In this document: one piece after another, positions 23,344 through 37,199 of the stretch
Layout of the letters: each line of letters starts with the position of its first letter
How positions within the stretch are numbered: the first letter of the stretch is position 1
From: Octopus vulgaris
Taxonomy: Eukaryota
DNA length: 64,000 nt
NCBI GenBank assembly: GCA_951406725.2
Contig: OX597832.1
Coordinates: forward strand, 39,742,001-39,806,000
Direction of reading: 5' to 3'
Notes under the pieces: generated by a model
What the model was told of the DNA's origin: nothing
What the model saw: only the letters and a program-made list of their open reading frames with translations
Database searches by the model: none
Program-made: the position numbers and the translations under genes

Positions 23344-23783
23344 GTGGGTTGCAGTGTTTCTGTGTATAAAATATATACAAGCCTATTGTGTGTGTGTGTG
23401 TCTTTGTGTCTATCCCTACCACAACTAGTATTGGTGTGTTTTACATCCCTGTAACTTAGCTGTTCAGCAAAAGACACTGATAGAATAATTACCGGGCTTA
23501 ACAAAATTAAGTACTGGGGTCGATTCATTCAACTAAAACTTCTTAAAGGTGGTGCTCGTGTTTGAGTTCTACCTCTCTTGCTTGTACTACCAAACCGCTC
23601 TGTGTGTGTATAGTGAAGGTGTAGTATCATTATTGACAGGTCCGGTGAGAGATTGTTTTATGTTGGTGTACATGTGTCTTTATGTTAATGTCTGTTGTAT
23701 TGTGTGTAATCTGTATGCATCCTTCCTCTGTCTGTACCATGTCATCACTATACTATTATCACGACTCTCATGTTATATTCCAG

Positions 23784-23887
23784 ACAACTTATCTACAACT
23801 ACCCTGAACAACTTTTCTCTGATGCTGGTGTCATGGCCATTGAACATGCAGACTTTGAAGGTGTTGAGCGCTTGGCTCTCGTTACAG
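23784..23887 (+). CDS. CCT2: CCT2 exon 11
   Basis: [34 protein letters not shown]. Confidence 0.98.
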
Positions 23888-24823
23888 GTAGTTATTTGTT
23901 TTTATTCTGTTAGAAGCACAATGTCCTCCGTCTCACTCAACCAGAGCAGGTTTTAATTGGGACTTCTACTGACAGCATCAATTGCCTCTATTGTATAGCA
24001 GCCAGTGATTAGGCTTCAGCCATGTTCGAGACAGAGGTGCATGGCTTAGTGGGTAGGGTGTTGGATTCACGATGTAAGATTGTGGTTTCAATCCCTGGAC
24101 CAGACGATCCACTGTGTTCTTGAGCAAAACACTTCATTTCACATCACTCCAGTCTACTCAGCTGTAGAAATGAGTTTATCTTGGAGATGGTTGGGCTTTG
24201 CCGGGGTTTCTTGCCCTAGATACGCTGCATGGCTGCAGTGCTCCGACCCCCCCCCCCCCTAAGGGGTTAAGGGACTTGTCAATTGTCATGTTGAGACACT
24301 AGCTTCTAGTTAAATATTTTGATCCAAATATACACACACACACATTTCAGTGACTTCAACCTGGGCTTGAATCAAACTTGGAACATGGTGGAAAATAGTC
24401 AATTATTGCAGAGTAATTTTATCTGGCGCTCTACTGATTCTAACCACCTATTCACTGGATATCATTGCTACACTTCCCTCTTTGGTGCATTCAGCAGTCG
24501 TTGAGTGTTTGTTTTGCTAATATTGATATCCATTTAAGATATTTTCTGCAACACACAGCAAATTTCTTCTGATTTTTCCCTGTATAACTGTCCATTCCAG
24601 ACATGCATTTTTTGTTTTTACATGTTCCAGATATTTTTCCCTGGCAGTGTTTAGCTCGTTTTTCTTTCTTGAATTTCTTGGGCAGGGGCAGACTCATAGA
24701 GATGTGGAAATCCCTAATTGAAAAGCACTATGTTACTTATCTAATAAACCACAGTTCAATTACTTCCTCTCTTTAATTAAACAGACTTTTGTAAGCATTA
24801 CAAATGGTAAATTCTTGTTCCAG

Positions 24824-24931
24824 GTGCAGAGATTGTGTCAACCTTTGATGCTCCAGATTGTGTCAAACTTGGTCACTGTGACCTTATAGAAGAAGTTATG
24901 ATTGGAGAAGATAAGTTGATCAAATTCTCAG
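24824..24931 (+). CDS. CCT2: CCT2 exon 12
   Basis: [35 protein letters not shown]. Confidence 0.98.
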
Positions 24932-25989
24932 GTAATTTGTTTTGAATATTTAGTACAAATTTTTTTAGTAATTTCTCTGTAGATTTATCAATGATTAGCA
25001 ACTAAAAATTGAGAATATCTTTGATTTGATTATTTGGATTTAATCTTTGGAAATAAACTCAAGTTTTTGAAGTTTTCTATCTAAATAGAAGAAGAAACTG
25101 CAGTGAATTTGTTGCTTTTGCCGTCAGCCCTGATAAAATAAATGTATAATCAAAGGTGTTATTAAGGCTTTTTTCTCTCTCTCTCCATCATCATCGTTTA
25201 ATGTCCGTTTTCCGCGCGAGCACGGTTCGGCCGGGGGCTGCACCAGGCTCCAGTCTGATCTGGCAGTGTTTCTACAGCTGGATGCCCTTCCTAACGCCAA
25301 CCACTCCGTGAGTTTAGTGGGTGCTTTTTACGTGCCACCAGCACATTTGCCAGGGGAGTCTGGCAGTGGCCATGATCGGTTGGTGCTTTTAACATGCCAC
25401 CGGTAATATATTTAGGTGCTGGTGACATAAAAGACACCCAGTACATTCTGTAAAGTGTTTGGCATTAGGGCAGGCATCCAACCACAGAAACCAAGCCCAA
25501 ACAGACTGGGGCTGGTGCAGTTCTCTGCCTTAACCAGCTCTGGTCAAACCGTCTAACCCATGCCAGCATGGAAAACAAATGTTAGATAATGATGATTCAA
25601 TCTCTTTCTCTTTTTAAGGTAGTAGGGTGTGGTTTAAGAAAATTAGCTCTTGTTCTTGCAGCTCAGACAGCCACATTTGGCTTTGTGAATTTGTCTGATA
25701 GTAATTATAGCTGCAAATATTTTCATGAAGTGGGCCTGGAAAGTGTGCCCCCACTTACTATACATTTGCTAAGAAACGGCTATACTTGAAGGTGTTTCTC
25801 TTACTGAGAACACCAGAGACATTTCATCAGCGAATTGAATGTTCAAAATAGGGAGGTAAATTACCAGCAACTATTGTAACTCATCTTTTTAGGGAAGTGA
25901 GTAACAATAATTCTGTTCAATAGACATGCAGAGTGCTTTTGTTATTTGTTGTCCTGAATTAATGTTTGGTATGCTTCGTTTTGTTTCAG

Positions 25990-26130
25990 GTGTGGCTCTC
26001 GGTGAAGCATGTAGTGTTGTTCTGCGTGGTGCTACTCAACAGATCTTAGATGAAGCAGAAAGGTCTCTCCACGATTCTCTCTGTGTACTCTCGCAGACAG
26101 TCAAGGAAACGAAGACTGTTCATGGCGCAG
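25990..26130 (+). CDS. CCT2: CCT2 exon 13
   Basis: [46 protein letters not shown]. Confidence 0.98.
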
Positions 26131-27317
26131 GTTTGTAGATTTTGTACTTCCTTTAATTTTCTAAACTGGTTTCACTTTTCTGATCATAATTGAAGGGTAA
26201 TAATTAGTATATTGTATACAATCAGTGAGTTCAGGAGAGCAAATAGTGTTGTAGTAGTGATAGACAAGACAGACGGGATGCAACTATGTCAGTATTGTGT
26301 GTTTGCAATTGAAGTTGAGTTCATCTTCTATAGACAGTTGCAGGTTGTGTGATTTTAATAAATTTGCTCCACAACCATGTGGTTTTCCTTGGATTCACTT
26401 GTTAGCACCAAGTGAAATGTTTGCATTCTTAGTTGATGTTACAAACCATTTGTTCTCAGCTTTCAAAAATTCTTGGAATTAAAAAAACAAAAAACCCTAT
26501 GTTAGGAATAGGTATTAGCTGGTAATAGGAAGAATAACCAGCTGTAAAATCTTGCCTCAACTCCCTTTCAATCTCCTGCTGACATGGAAAAATGGACATT
26601 AAGCCAACTGAAAGCATGTAGAATGTTGGTTATCTTTGACACAAAACTGTACACATGTAAGGATGATAGCGGTGGAAGCAAAGCTGTGTGGCTGAGGAGC
26701 GTGCTTTGCAATCATGTGGTCTTGGGCCAACCAAAGCCTTGTGAGTGGATTTAGTAGACGGAAACTGAAAGAAGCCGATATCACAGTAGAATTGAGATCC
26801 TAAAACCAAGGTGCCACATAAAAGGTACCCAGTACACTGTGGAGTGGTTGGTGTTGGGAAGGGCATCCAGCTGTAGTAACCAGGTCAAAACAGACCATGG
26901 AACCTGGTGCAGCCCCTGACCATACCAGTTCCGGTCAAGCCAGCCAACTTATACCAGCTTGGAAAGCAGACGTTAAATGAAGATGTGTTTGTGTGTACTC
27001 TTGTCTGGACATCATGTGATGTTTGTAAACGAGCAAGTTTGTTCGTTTCCCAATTTTCCATTAAAAACATGCCTAGCGTACGGGAAAATATTACGTTGCT
27101 TGAAAACAAGTGAGGATTGTCTGATCTATTGCAAGCAAGAGAAAGTAAATGATAAATGATTAATTAATTCTCAGTACATTACTGGTATTTATCCGTCCCA
27201 AAAAGATGAAAAGTCCTTCTTTGCAGGATTTGAAAGACAAAATAATTAAAAAAGACAAAAAAAAACACAAAAGTCACATTTTACAAATTCTTTAATTAGC
27301 TGTTTTATATATTTCAG

Positions 27318-27421
27318 GTTGTAGTGAAATGCTGATGGCAGAAGCTGTTAGTAATCTTGCTGCCAAGACTCCAGGCAAAGAGGCTGTTGCTATGGAAGCA
27401 TTTGCTAAATCTTTAAGAATG
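27318..27421 (+). CDS. CCT2: CCT2 exon 14
   Basis: [34 protein letters not shown]. Confidence 0.98.
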
Positions 27422-27541
27422 GTAAGATTTTTTGTAAACACTTTCTTTTATTCTTTTTGCAGTTCTAGTTTTTGCTGAATTTATTTTCATGTTTTAATGT
27501 GGCCTTTTAATTTTTTTTTTTCTCCACTCTTTGAATTTCAG

Positions 27542-27641
27542 ATCCCTACAATAATAGCTGATAACGGTGGCTATGATAGCTCTGAACTTGTCACACAGCT
27601 CCGTGCTGCACACACAGAAGGCAAAGTTACTTATGGTCTTG
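27542..27641 (+). CDS. CCT2: CCT2 exon 15
   Basis: [33 protein letters not shown]. Confidence 0.98.
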
Positions 27642-28371
27642 GTAAGTCTTACGACATGTCAACTTGTCATTTTCTCCCTCCTCCTTTCCTGCTTCCTTAT
27701 ATTCATTATATCTTTATTATAGTCTGTAGCCCCAGATTAGCCCTGATCCCTATCAACAGTACTCCAGCTGTGAACATCTTGCAAGTCAGGGCATGATTTA
27801 AGGGAAACATGGCTTCATTTCAAGTACTACTATAAATTATGGTTAACATTCACCTTTCCATGCTGGCATGGGTTGGACATCTCTTCCAGGTTGAGTCTGT
27901 TCTTATTCAGTTTTGCTGCCCACCGAGACAGGTTGAAGGACCATGTCTTGCTTCAGACGTTGCAGTTTTGGAACAGTTTCTGTGGTTGGATGCTATTCCT
28001 AGCGCAACCACTAGGGTGGTGGGTGTACATGTTAACAACAGTGCTGATAAAGAAGCCTTCCAGAAATTGTTCAACCTGCTTGAAATAGTAGCCATTATCT
28101 CCCTCAAACCACACTCTACTGTCTTGTGGAATTACATAATGGACAATGTAGTCCTAGAAATACAAAAGCTGGGTGGTCATAGCTGGAGTGCCTTTGACCA
28201 TTGGCCCACTGAGCTCAGCTAAACAGCAACAATCTTAGGTATGTCTGTCTGTTTGTTGGAGCTCTTGTCTGTCCAAGCTGTGCTCTTCAGAGTATTCAGA
28301 CTCCTCGCTAGTAAACAAGTTAAGGTAAAACATCAATGTATCCTTTCTATGGTTCTTCTACTTTGGTGTCT

Positions 28372-28640
28372 TCATCATCATCGTTTAACGTCCGTTTTCC
28401 ATGCTAGCATGGGTTGGACGGTTCGACTGGGGATCTGGGAAGCCAGAAGGCTGCACCAGGCTCCAGTCTGATCTGGCAGTGTTTCTACAGCTGGATGCCC
28501 TTCCTAACGCCAACCACTCCATGAGTGTAGTGGGTGCTTTTTACGTGCCACTGGCACAGGGCCAGAGGAGGCTGACAAACGGCCACGATCAGTTGGTGCT
28601 TTGGCATCAGCCACGTTCAGATGGTGCTTTTTACGTGACA
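28372..28640 (-). mobile_element. SINE family C copy
   Basis: Same motifs as the copy at 13942. Confidence 0.85.
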
Positions 28641-29233
28641 AATATAACAAAGTACCATTGTTGATATAATAAAGTTAAAAGAATGGACGATGGCATTCAA
28701 TCTGCACTACATGTGTTTTCAGTAATGAAACATTTTCATTGACGACATGAATCAATCTGCCATTATCCATTCTTTTGAACTTTATTGATTGTCTTTTTCC
28801 AACATGCTATATATAACATACATTACTTCTAAGATCAGAGTCGTAAAGTACCCATTATGTTTTCAAAATTGTTCCAGTTTTGTAATGGAAGAATGGAATA
28901 TCATTGATTGATTGATTACTAATTTATCTATTCCACTAGCCAATCACATGCTGGAAGCTACTGAACGAATGACAATGATCTATGTGACCCCCAACCAATT
29001 GACATTGACACTTCAGTCAGCAGGCCAACATTATATTGACTATCTGTACTTTTATAAGCTTCGTTTTAATATAGAAAATAAGGGATTTTTGTTGAAAAAC
29101 CTCTGAAACTAATTACTTGTACAATTTCCTGGCAGTATTGGATTTTTCTGTTGTGTGTCTGCACTTGCATGCTACATGCTAAATGTGTTTCAGTTGTTAA
29201 CTCTCATGCTTTTATTTCAATTTCTTTTGACAG

Positions 29234-29406
29234 ACATGACCAATGGTATAATAGCAGATATCTCCGTTCTTGGAGTGACTGAATCACTGAAGGTGAAACG
29301 CCAGGTGTTGACCAGCGCATCAGAAGCTGCCGAAATGATTCTGCGAGTTGATGATATCGTGAAGGCTGCCCCAAGGAAACGACAGCCAGATATGCGCCCT
29401 CATTAA
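29234..29406 (+). CDS. CCT2: CCT2 exon 16 (last coding exon, TAA stop)
   Basis: [56 protein letters not shown]. The 16 exons sum to 1614 nt in frame. Confidence 0.98.
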
Positions 29407-29829
29407 GTCGTTAAATCAGACTGTTTCCAATTATTTACTACTACTACTACTACTACTATAATAATTATTATTACCACCACCAAGCTTGTTTTGTGTTCAT
29501 TGTTTTTGCTTCTGTCTTTAACTCTGCCATCCAGTCGGTCACATCCTCGGCTCATTGAGAACAACAGACTTCAAGTGTCATGATCCAAGCTACAGTCATG
29601 TTCTCTGCTTTTCATACCATTAAAATATATATATATACACCAGTAAATTGTGTTTTTACTTTTTTTGTTTGGGCACTTGTTTTGTTCTTTATTACTTTTT
29701 TTTTTTTCATAGGTGAGGTGGGGGTGGGAGATACAAACTTCCTTGGTTAATGAAATTATGATGGCTTTAAACGTTTTGAACATATTCAAGGGAGAAGAGT
29801 TTACATGGTGCTTATTTTCTCGTCATTAG

Positions 29830-31310
29830 AGTGAGGAAGGGCAAAAATGTTTCCCTATTGTCTGGTGGGAAGTGGAGCTGGTGTTTGTTTGAGAATGTGG
29901 ATGAAGGAAGAAGGGAAGAGAAAAACGAAAACAAGAGATCTGGATATTATCTTCCGAGGAGTAGGAGGCACTACTGTGTGAATATCTGGGCAGGCACTGC
30001 CTGGGAGAAACTGAGGGAATGAAGAGTAAAAAGTGGGAGAGGGAAAGGGTGGTCTATCTCTGATTTTGTTTCCATCTTCCAATTCTTTTCTCCTCAACTT
30101 CCTTCTGTCTCCTTCACGTCCTCTTCCTCCACTTATCCTTTTTCTTTGCTTTCCATTTCCTCTTTTTATATTCCTATCTTATTTCTTTTTTCAAGGGAGC
30201 TACCTCCTCTTCAACTTTCTCCCTCCAATGAAGGAGCAGGGTGCTCCATTGGGGGAACAGGGAGTTCATTAATTAACTGTTCCAGGACCTTTTCCTGGTC
30301 CCAGCGACAGTTCTTTATGTGGCCTGATTCCATGCACAGGTGACACTTGGGGGTACATCCCTCAACCATCACTGGGTACCTGGAATCAGCCATAGTTAAA
30401 AAAATCTGGTAAAACCAGATCATCGACTGATTGCATCCATAGGGTCAAAATTGCTTTTGACCTGACCCAGGCAACATTTTTATATTTAAGAGCCACCCAG
30501 GCCCCAAGAGATAGTGTCTTCTATCCATCTGGCCTCTATACTGGGTGGCAGCCTACATACCGAGGCTCTTGTCAACACTTTACCGCTATAAGTAGGGAGA
30601 AACAAAATTTTCTCTCTCTCCAAAGGCTTCTGCAGGGGTGTTAAAAAGTACACACAGTTCCATACTTCGCACCCCTGCAGATAAACTTAACAGTTGGCAG
30701 ATAGTCTGCCAACTCCTCAATTTCTTCCTCAGAGAACACCTTGATGATGTCAAGAATCCTGGAATAAGTCCTTAACACCACCGTTCTCTCCATAGAATTT
30801 TTCACCCATTCTTTGGGGGCCAGAATTTGCCACTCCAAAGCAGATTTCACCATTGCCATGTTGATAACCAAAACAAATATAAAAATCCACAAACAAAAAT
30901 CAAAATGTTCAAATGAAAATCTATAAAGAAACTCAAAAAAGATCAGAAAGACAGACAAGAGAAGGAAGATAGTCCAAAATGGCAACATAACACAATTTTG
31001 CTACTGATACTCCTTCGCAGCACAAATGGTATTCTGTCCAACTCCGGCTGTACTCCTATTCTTTATGGTAAAAAATCCACATCAAAGGGCACAAACACAG
31101 TCAGAGAAAATTCAAAAAAAATTTCGGACAGACACACCTCCCGAAAATACACACAATTCTCACTAAAATGTGAGTCTTTTAGTACAACCACTGGCATACA
31201 AATGTCTGGAACACAGTGGAGACCCTTGATAAAAAAAAAAATAACCATATGGATAACGGACTTCACTATGCTCCCAAAAATACAAATGCCTTACCTGTGG
31301 TCGTGCTTCA
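29830..31310 (-). mobile_element. Decayed LINE ORF1 region (L1/Tx1-like, CCHC zinc knuckle)
   Basis: Broken frames NSMERTVVLRTYS..VKFICRGAKYGTV and VMVEGCTPKCHLCMESGHIKNC (CX2CX4HX3-4C), followed by a K/E-rich segment. Confidence 0.6.
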
Positions 31311-31544
31311 AATGTTAAATTTTTTACGTACAACGCGATTTCTAGGTAAGCGACTTACCACACAGCCACTCCTGATCCCTGTAACATAGTGGTTCAACAG
31401 AATGGACTCAATAAAATAAGTACCATACTAAACAAAAAGTACTGGTGTTGATTTGTTTGACCAAACCTTTCAACATGGCCATGCTCCAGTCTTGGAAACA
31501 TGTCAAGGATAAAAGAAGAATTCTTCGCTGAAGCAATACTTCAT

Positions 31545-31900
31545 TCTTGTATTTGTTCCAGTCATTTGACTGAAGCCATGCTGGAGCACCACCTTAAACG
31601 GTTTTTAGTCAAAAGAATCAACCTCATTACATATTTCTTTTTAAAGCCTGGTACTTATTCTATCAGCCTCTTTTTGCCGAACTGCTAAGTTACAGGGATG
31701 CAAATACACCAACACTGGTTGTCAAGTGGTGATGGGGGGACAGACACAGACACACACACATATATGACGGGCTTCTTTCAGTTTCTCTCTACCAAATCCA
31801 CTCAGGGCTTTGGTTGGCCTGAGGCTATAACAGAAGACACTTGCCCAAGGTGCCACACAGTGGGACTGAACCTAGAACCATGTGGTTGGGAAGCAAGTGT
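31545..31900 (-). mobile_element. SINE family B, diverged copy
   Basis: Reverse complement of the family B tail, CORE-like motif and head. Confidence 0.75.
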
Positions 31901-32239
31901 CTTAAACTCTCACAACATTATAGAAAACATGACTGGCCTTCTGAACATGCAGTCCTGGTCCACAAAACTGATGTACAGCATACGAACACCACCATCACTC
32001 AACAGGTTCCAGTACGTTAACAGTTGACGTTAATGATATTGTCCAAGGCCAGAGTTTCGTAGTTTTCTTCAACTTACTGCCGTCCTTATTTGCAATCTGT
32101 GGATGAATAAATGTTGCCACAAAATTTGGATGCATCAAAACTCTGTAACAAAAAAGGTGTGCGTCCTCCCATCTTTGCTATATGGAAGTGAGGCATGGGT
32201 TGTTTACCGTAGGCAGGTAAGGCAATTGGAATGATTTCA

Positions 32240-32534
32240 TCAATACTGTCTGAGAAAAATTTTGGCAATAAACTGGAAAATGGCCATTATTAATGTTGAG
32301 GTGCTTGAGAGGAGTGGCAGTAGAAGTACAGAGTCAATGATTTTGCAAAGACATTTGGGAAAGATGAGAGATGAGCGACTGCTCAAGCAGATGTTGTATG
32401 GTGAGCTGGAACATGGCAAGAGACCAGCAGATAAGCCTAAACTAAGGTTTAAGGATTGCCTTAAAAATGCTCTGATACAGACAGGAATTGCAGCTGGTAA
32501 TTGGGAGAGGGAGGCACAAGACTGGTTGTGTTAA
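32240..32534 (+). mobile_element. RTE-clade LINE, 3' fragment
   Basis: NVEVLERSG..GKMRDERLLKQMLYGELEHGKRPADKPKLRFKDCLK matches the RTE C-terminal GH..RM.D.R.PK..LYGEL..G.R..G.P..RFKD motif. Confidence 0.85.
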
Positions 32535-34786
32535 AGGGAATGTTTTCGTTCCATACATTCTATCATCCCATTAGTTATGTCATTTCATGTCAAGTGCCTT
32601 CAGCTTCCAGTGATTCTGTATTTTTCTGTGAATATCCAGTTTCATGGAAAGTCCCTCAAGGTTGCTGGTGTTTAACTGAAAAGGTCATGTTACTTTCATG
32701 GTCAGCTCTATGATGTATGCTGACATTCTGGGCCAAGCAGGCATCTTTTTTCATCTGAACACCAAACAACAGAACTTAAAATGTTGTCTACTGCAGAGAT
32801 TGAATGAGTTTCTATTAGAATTGCTTTTTGTTCTAAGTAGTAATAATACACCATTCCAAAGACTCCACACAAAGTAGAAATGTAGGAATAATTGAAACAT
32901 GCGCTTGCATTACAAGAAGAATATATACCATTGAGCTACGTGTAAACTTGTTGTAAGTCATTTAAGTTTTACACAAAAATTGTTTCAATATATTCAGCAC
33001 TCAAGCCATACCAGGTACCTCTGTGTGTGTACATGTGTTTGTTTTACCTTTACACTACTTTTAACAACCATTGCCAAGTAATCTATTGATGTGACAAAGA
33101 GATGTCCATAGATTAAACCGTCAAAGACTGTGGCTGCAGTCCAATAAGGAAAAAAAAAAAGATTGCATATCGTCATCATTTTAATGTCAACTTCTCCATG
33201 TTTGCCTGGGTCAGATGGAATTTGCAGAAAATAATTTTCTACAGCTGGATGCCTTTACTATTACTGACCTCCTCCTCTTTCCATCATCATCATCGTTTAA
33301 CGTTCGCTTTCCATGCTGGACGATTTTGACTAAGGACTGGTGAACCAGATGACTGCACCAGGCTCCAATCTTGATCAGGCAGAGTTTCTACAGCTGGATG
33401 CCCTTCCTAACACCAACCACTCTGAGAGTGTAGTGGGTGCTTTCTACGTGCCACCAGCATGGAAGCCAGTCAGCTGCTCTGGCAACGATCATGCTCTTAG
33501 CACTCCACTAGCATGGATGCCAGTCATCGAATTTGATTTCGATTTCACTTGCCTCAACAGGTCTTCATAAGCAGTGTCCAATGAAGGGAAGGTATGCATA
33601 AGAGGGCTGGTTACACCCCTGGCTTAGGCCACAAGGTTGTGGTCTCACTTGGCTTGCCAGGTCAAGTCAAGTAATTTTTTACCCATGGCTGGATATGTTT
33701 TTACAGAAGATTGGGAAGCGAAGACAACACTTGCACTCAGGCCGTGCCAAGACAAGGAGACATGAACTCACACAAATATATACACACACACATACAATAC
33801 AATTATAAAGAATATGGAGACTGGTACATCTTCAAATTTATCTAAAAATTAAACAACTATACTGCATAGTTAGTTAAAATGAACAACATGCTCTATACAG
33901 CAGAAACACATCTTTTATCTTTTACTTGTTTCGCTTAGTAGACTGTGGCCATGCTGGGGCACCACCTTGAAGAACTGTAGTTGAAACAAATCAATCCCAG
34001 CATGTATTTTTTTTTTTAAAGCCTGGTACTTATGCTATCAATCTCTTTTACCAAACTGCTAAATTGCAAGGACATAAATACAACACCAGTTGTCAAGTAG
34101 TGGTGGAAAGACAAACACACACACACACACATACATATTGGGTCATTCCATAAGTAATGCAGTCCACTTGCAATTCTTTGGATGGCCTGGGGTTATAGAC
34201 GAAGACACTTATCCAATGTGCAGTGTCATGCAGTGGGACTGAACCAAGGGTCAAATGTTTGGCAACCAAACTTCTTAATCACATCGCCACACTTGTGCCT
34301 ATAATAATTTTTTTTTTACCTCTGCACCAATATGTACGCTACACTTTGCACAGTGGTATCGTACATTTACTAATCAATGCAGATATGGAAGGCTAGCACT
34401 TCAGATTAACATCATGATTACATCAACACTTCAACCAGAAACAGGCGTCATAGTACAGAGAACAAGTGATAAAGTAAACGTACGTCCTGACTTCATATTT
34501 ATGTATGTATGTAAATCACTGTTTTTTTCTGATGCAGAGTTTTTACCACCAAATGCCCTTCCTGTCACCAACTCCTTTAGTTATCTCCCCTGACATGTGA
34601 GCGCATGCACACGCACACGCAGACACATACATGCGTGCGTGGAAAGACATGGAGAGTGCACTATAAAAGGAACTTACTGGAGTGTAATTATAAGTAAAAC
34701 AGACTTGCTATGAAAATGGGTATTTACGCAGTAATACCGATAAATTTTCCTCGTCACCATAATTTTAGCGACGTGTAGTGTTTATA

Positions 34787-34975
34787 TATTTCTTTACTAC
34801 CCACAAGGGGCTAAACACAGAGGGGAGACAAACAAGGACAGACAAAGGGATTAAGTCGATTACATCGATCTCCCCAGTGCGTAACTGGTACTTAATTAAT
34901 CGACCCCCGAAAGGATGAAAGGCAAAGTCGACCTCGGCGGAATTTGAACTCGGAACGTAACGGCAGACGAAACGA
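34787..34975 (-). mobile_element. SINE family A copy
   Basis: Reverse complement of the Meta-like core and tail. Confidence 0.85.
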
Positions 34976-35068
34976 CGTGCAGTGCTTATATGTACACACA
35001 CACACACACACACTGAATAAAGTACGTTGATTTTTATTCGAATACTCGAAAACATTATTAACAACCTA

Positions 35069-35271
35069 AGAGAGAGAGAGAGAGACAGAGACAGACAGAC
35101 AGATTGAGAGAGAGAGAGACAGAGACAGAGACAGACAGACAGACAGAGAGATTGAGAGAGAGAGAGAGACAGAGACAGATTGAGAGACAGAGAGACAGAG
35201 ACAGACAGACAGATTGAGAGAGACAGAGACAGATTGAGAGAGAGAGAGAGACAGAGACAGACAGACAGATT

Positions 35272-35303
<32 letters not shown>
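35069..35303. repeat. (GA)n/(GACA)n purine-rich array directly upstream of gene 2 exon 1
   Basis: Direct reading. Confidence 0.95.
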
Positions 35304-35410
35304 GTGTTGTACGCAGTATTGAGGAGAGATCCGGAACTCTTTTACAGAGGCCACTACATTTCGCCTATCACCGTCCCTGTCGATTTCCAAGCCGTCATTG
35401 GATGTAAATC

Positions 35411-35426
35411 ATGGCTGATGGTTCAG
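35411..35426 (+). CDS. Putative first coding exon of unidentified gene 2 (MADGS + phase 1)
   Basis: Good Kozak context AATCATGG, strong donor CAG|GTATGT, CpG-richer 5' leader. Phase 1 joins in frame to the exon at 55116. Confidence 0.6.
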
Positions 35427-35611
35427 GTATGTTTACAGTTTTGGGGTTGGAAAACATTTTTTGCTCCTCAACAATTCTTTTCTCTTCTCTTCTCACTCAG
35501 ATATTTTAGCATCGTTAATACAATACTTTAATCGATGCTGCAGCCACATTTACCGTCCTTCTCCTTAAAACTTCCAACTTTTATGTCGAAAAACATACTC
35601 AATTTTGGGGA

Positions 35612-35840
35612 TTATATATATATTGGGTGTTGATATATACACGCATTATATGTATATATACATTATATATACACACGTAATATATATATATATATATATA
35701 TACATTATATATACACACGCAATATATATATATATACACGCATTATATATATATACACACACATATATATACACACATATATATACACATATATATATAC
35801 ACACATATATGTATGTATATATGCATTATATATACACACG

Positions 35841-35882
<42 letters not shown>

Positions 35883-36664
35883 GCAGTATATATATATATA
35901 TACACGCATTATATATATATACACACATTATATATATATATATATATACACACATATATATATATATATACGCATACACATTATATATATACATATATAC
36001 ACACACACATATATAATGTGTGTGTTTTATATTCCGCTTTCGCGCTTCCTCCTACCTTCTCTTTCTCTCTCTCTTTTTTTACTGTAATCCTCCTCCTTCC
36101 TCTCTCTTTTTCCCTTTTACTCTCTCTCTCTTTCTCTCTTATCCTTCACTCATTCTCTCTCTCTCTCTCTCTCTCTTTACCTTTTCCATCTTCCTTCTTT
36201 TCTTTTATTGCAATTTCAACATCTCTCCTTTTCCTTTAATATTTCTTATTCTACCAACATCTCTTTCTTTCCTTTATATTCCATTCTGGTCTCTCTCTCT
36301 CTCTCTCTTTCTTCCTTTCACCATTATTCCGTCTTCTACTCTTTTTTTTCTTTTCCTTCTGACATTACATTTTCGCAGTGCCTTTCTCTCCATGCCCCTC
36401 TCTATTGTTCTCTCTTTTTACCACATCCTTCACTTCTTATCTCTCTCTTGTACATTTTGTTCTTTCTTTTTTTCAATTACATGGCGTTAACTGTCACACC
36501 AACCTTATTTTTCCTTTTAATCAGGCATTTAAATATTTCTTTATTAATGTCTTTCCCTCACCTCACTCTCTCTCTCTCTCTCTCATATTTTATCCACAAA
36601 TAAAGACTCTCCACCAAATGCAGTATTGAGCACTCTTCCTCACAATTCGATACTATCATGTGCG

Positions 36665-36710
<46 letters not shown>

Positions 36711-36719
36711 TATATATAT

Positions 36720-36768
<49 letters not shown>

Positions 36769-37161
36769 TATATGTATATATATATACATATATAAAACAT
36801 TGTTTTTTTCCGTAAAGCACCCTCTTTGTTTCTTCATCTCTCTCATCCTCTCTATTTATCCTTCTATCTCTCTTGCCATTATTCAGATGCTCTCTTCACC
36901 GAAATGTCTATTCATCTCTATCTCTTCTCCATTTTTATCTGTCTGTCTGTCTCTCCCCTTGTACTACAATTCACTACTAATCCACCCTTTTTTTCTTTCT
37001 CTTAAACCCTATCATCCTGTCTGTCCCCTTCTCTCTCGCCATTACTCTCCCCTACGTCTGTCTGTCTGTCTGTCTTTCCCCCTCTCTTTCTCTCTTTTAT
37101 TAAATCTCTTTTCCTTCATCTTCTCTCTCTCACATCAATCTCTCCCCCTCTATATTTACCC

Positions 37162-37196
<35 letters not shown>
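35612..37196. repeat. (TA/CA)n microsatellites and long CT-rich low-complexity tract
   Basis: Direct reading. Confidence 0.9.
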
Positions 37197-37199
<3 letters not shown>

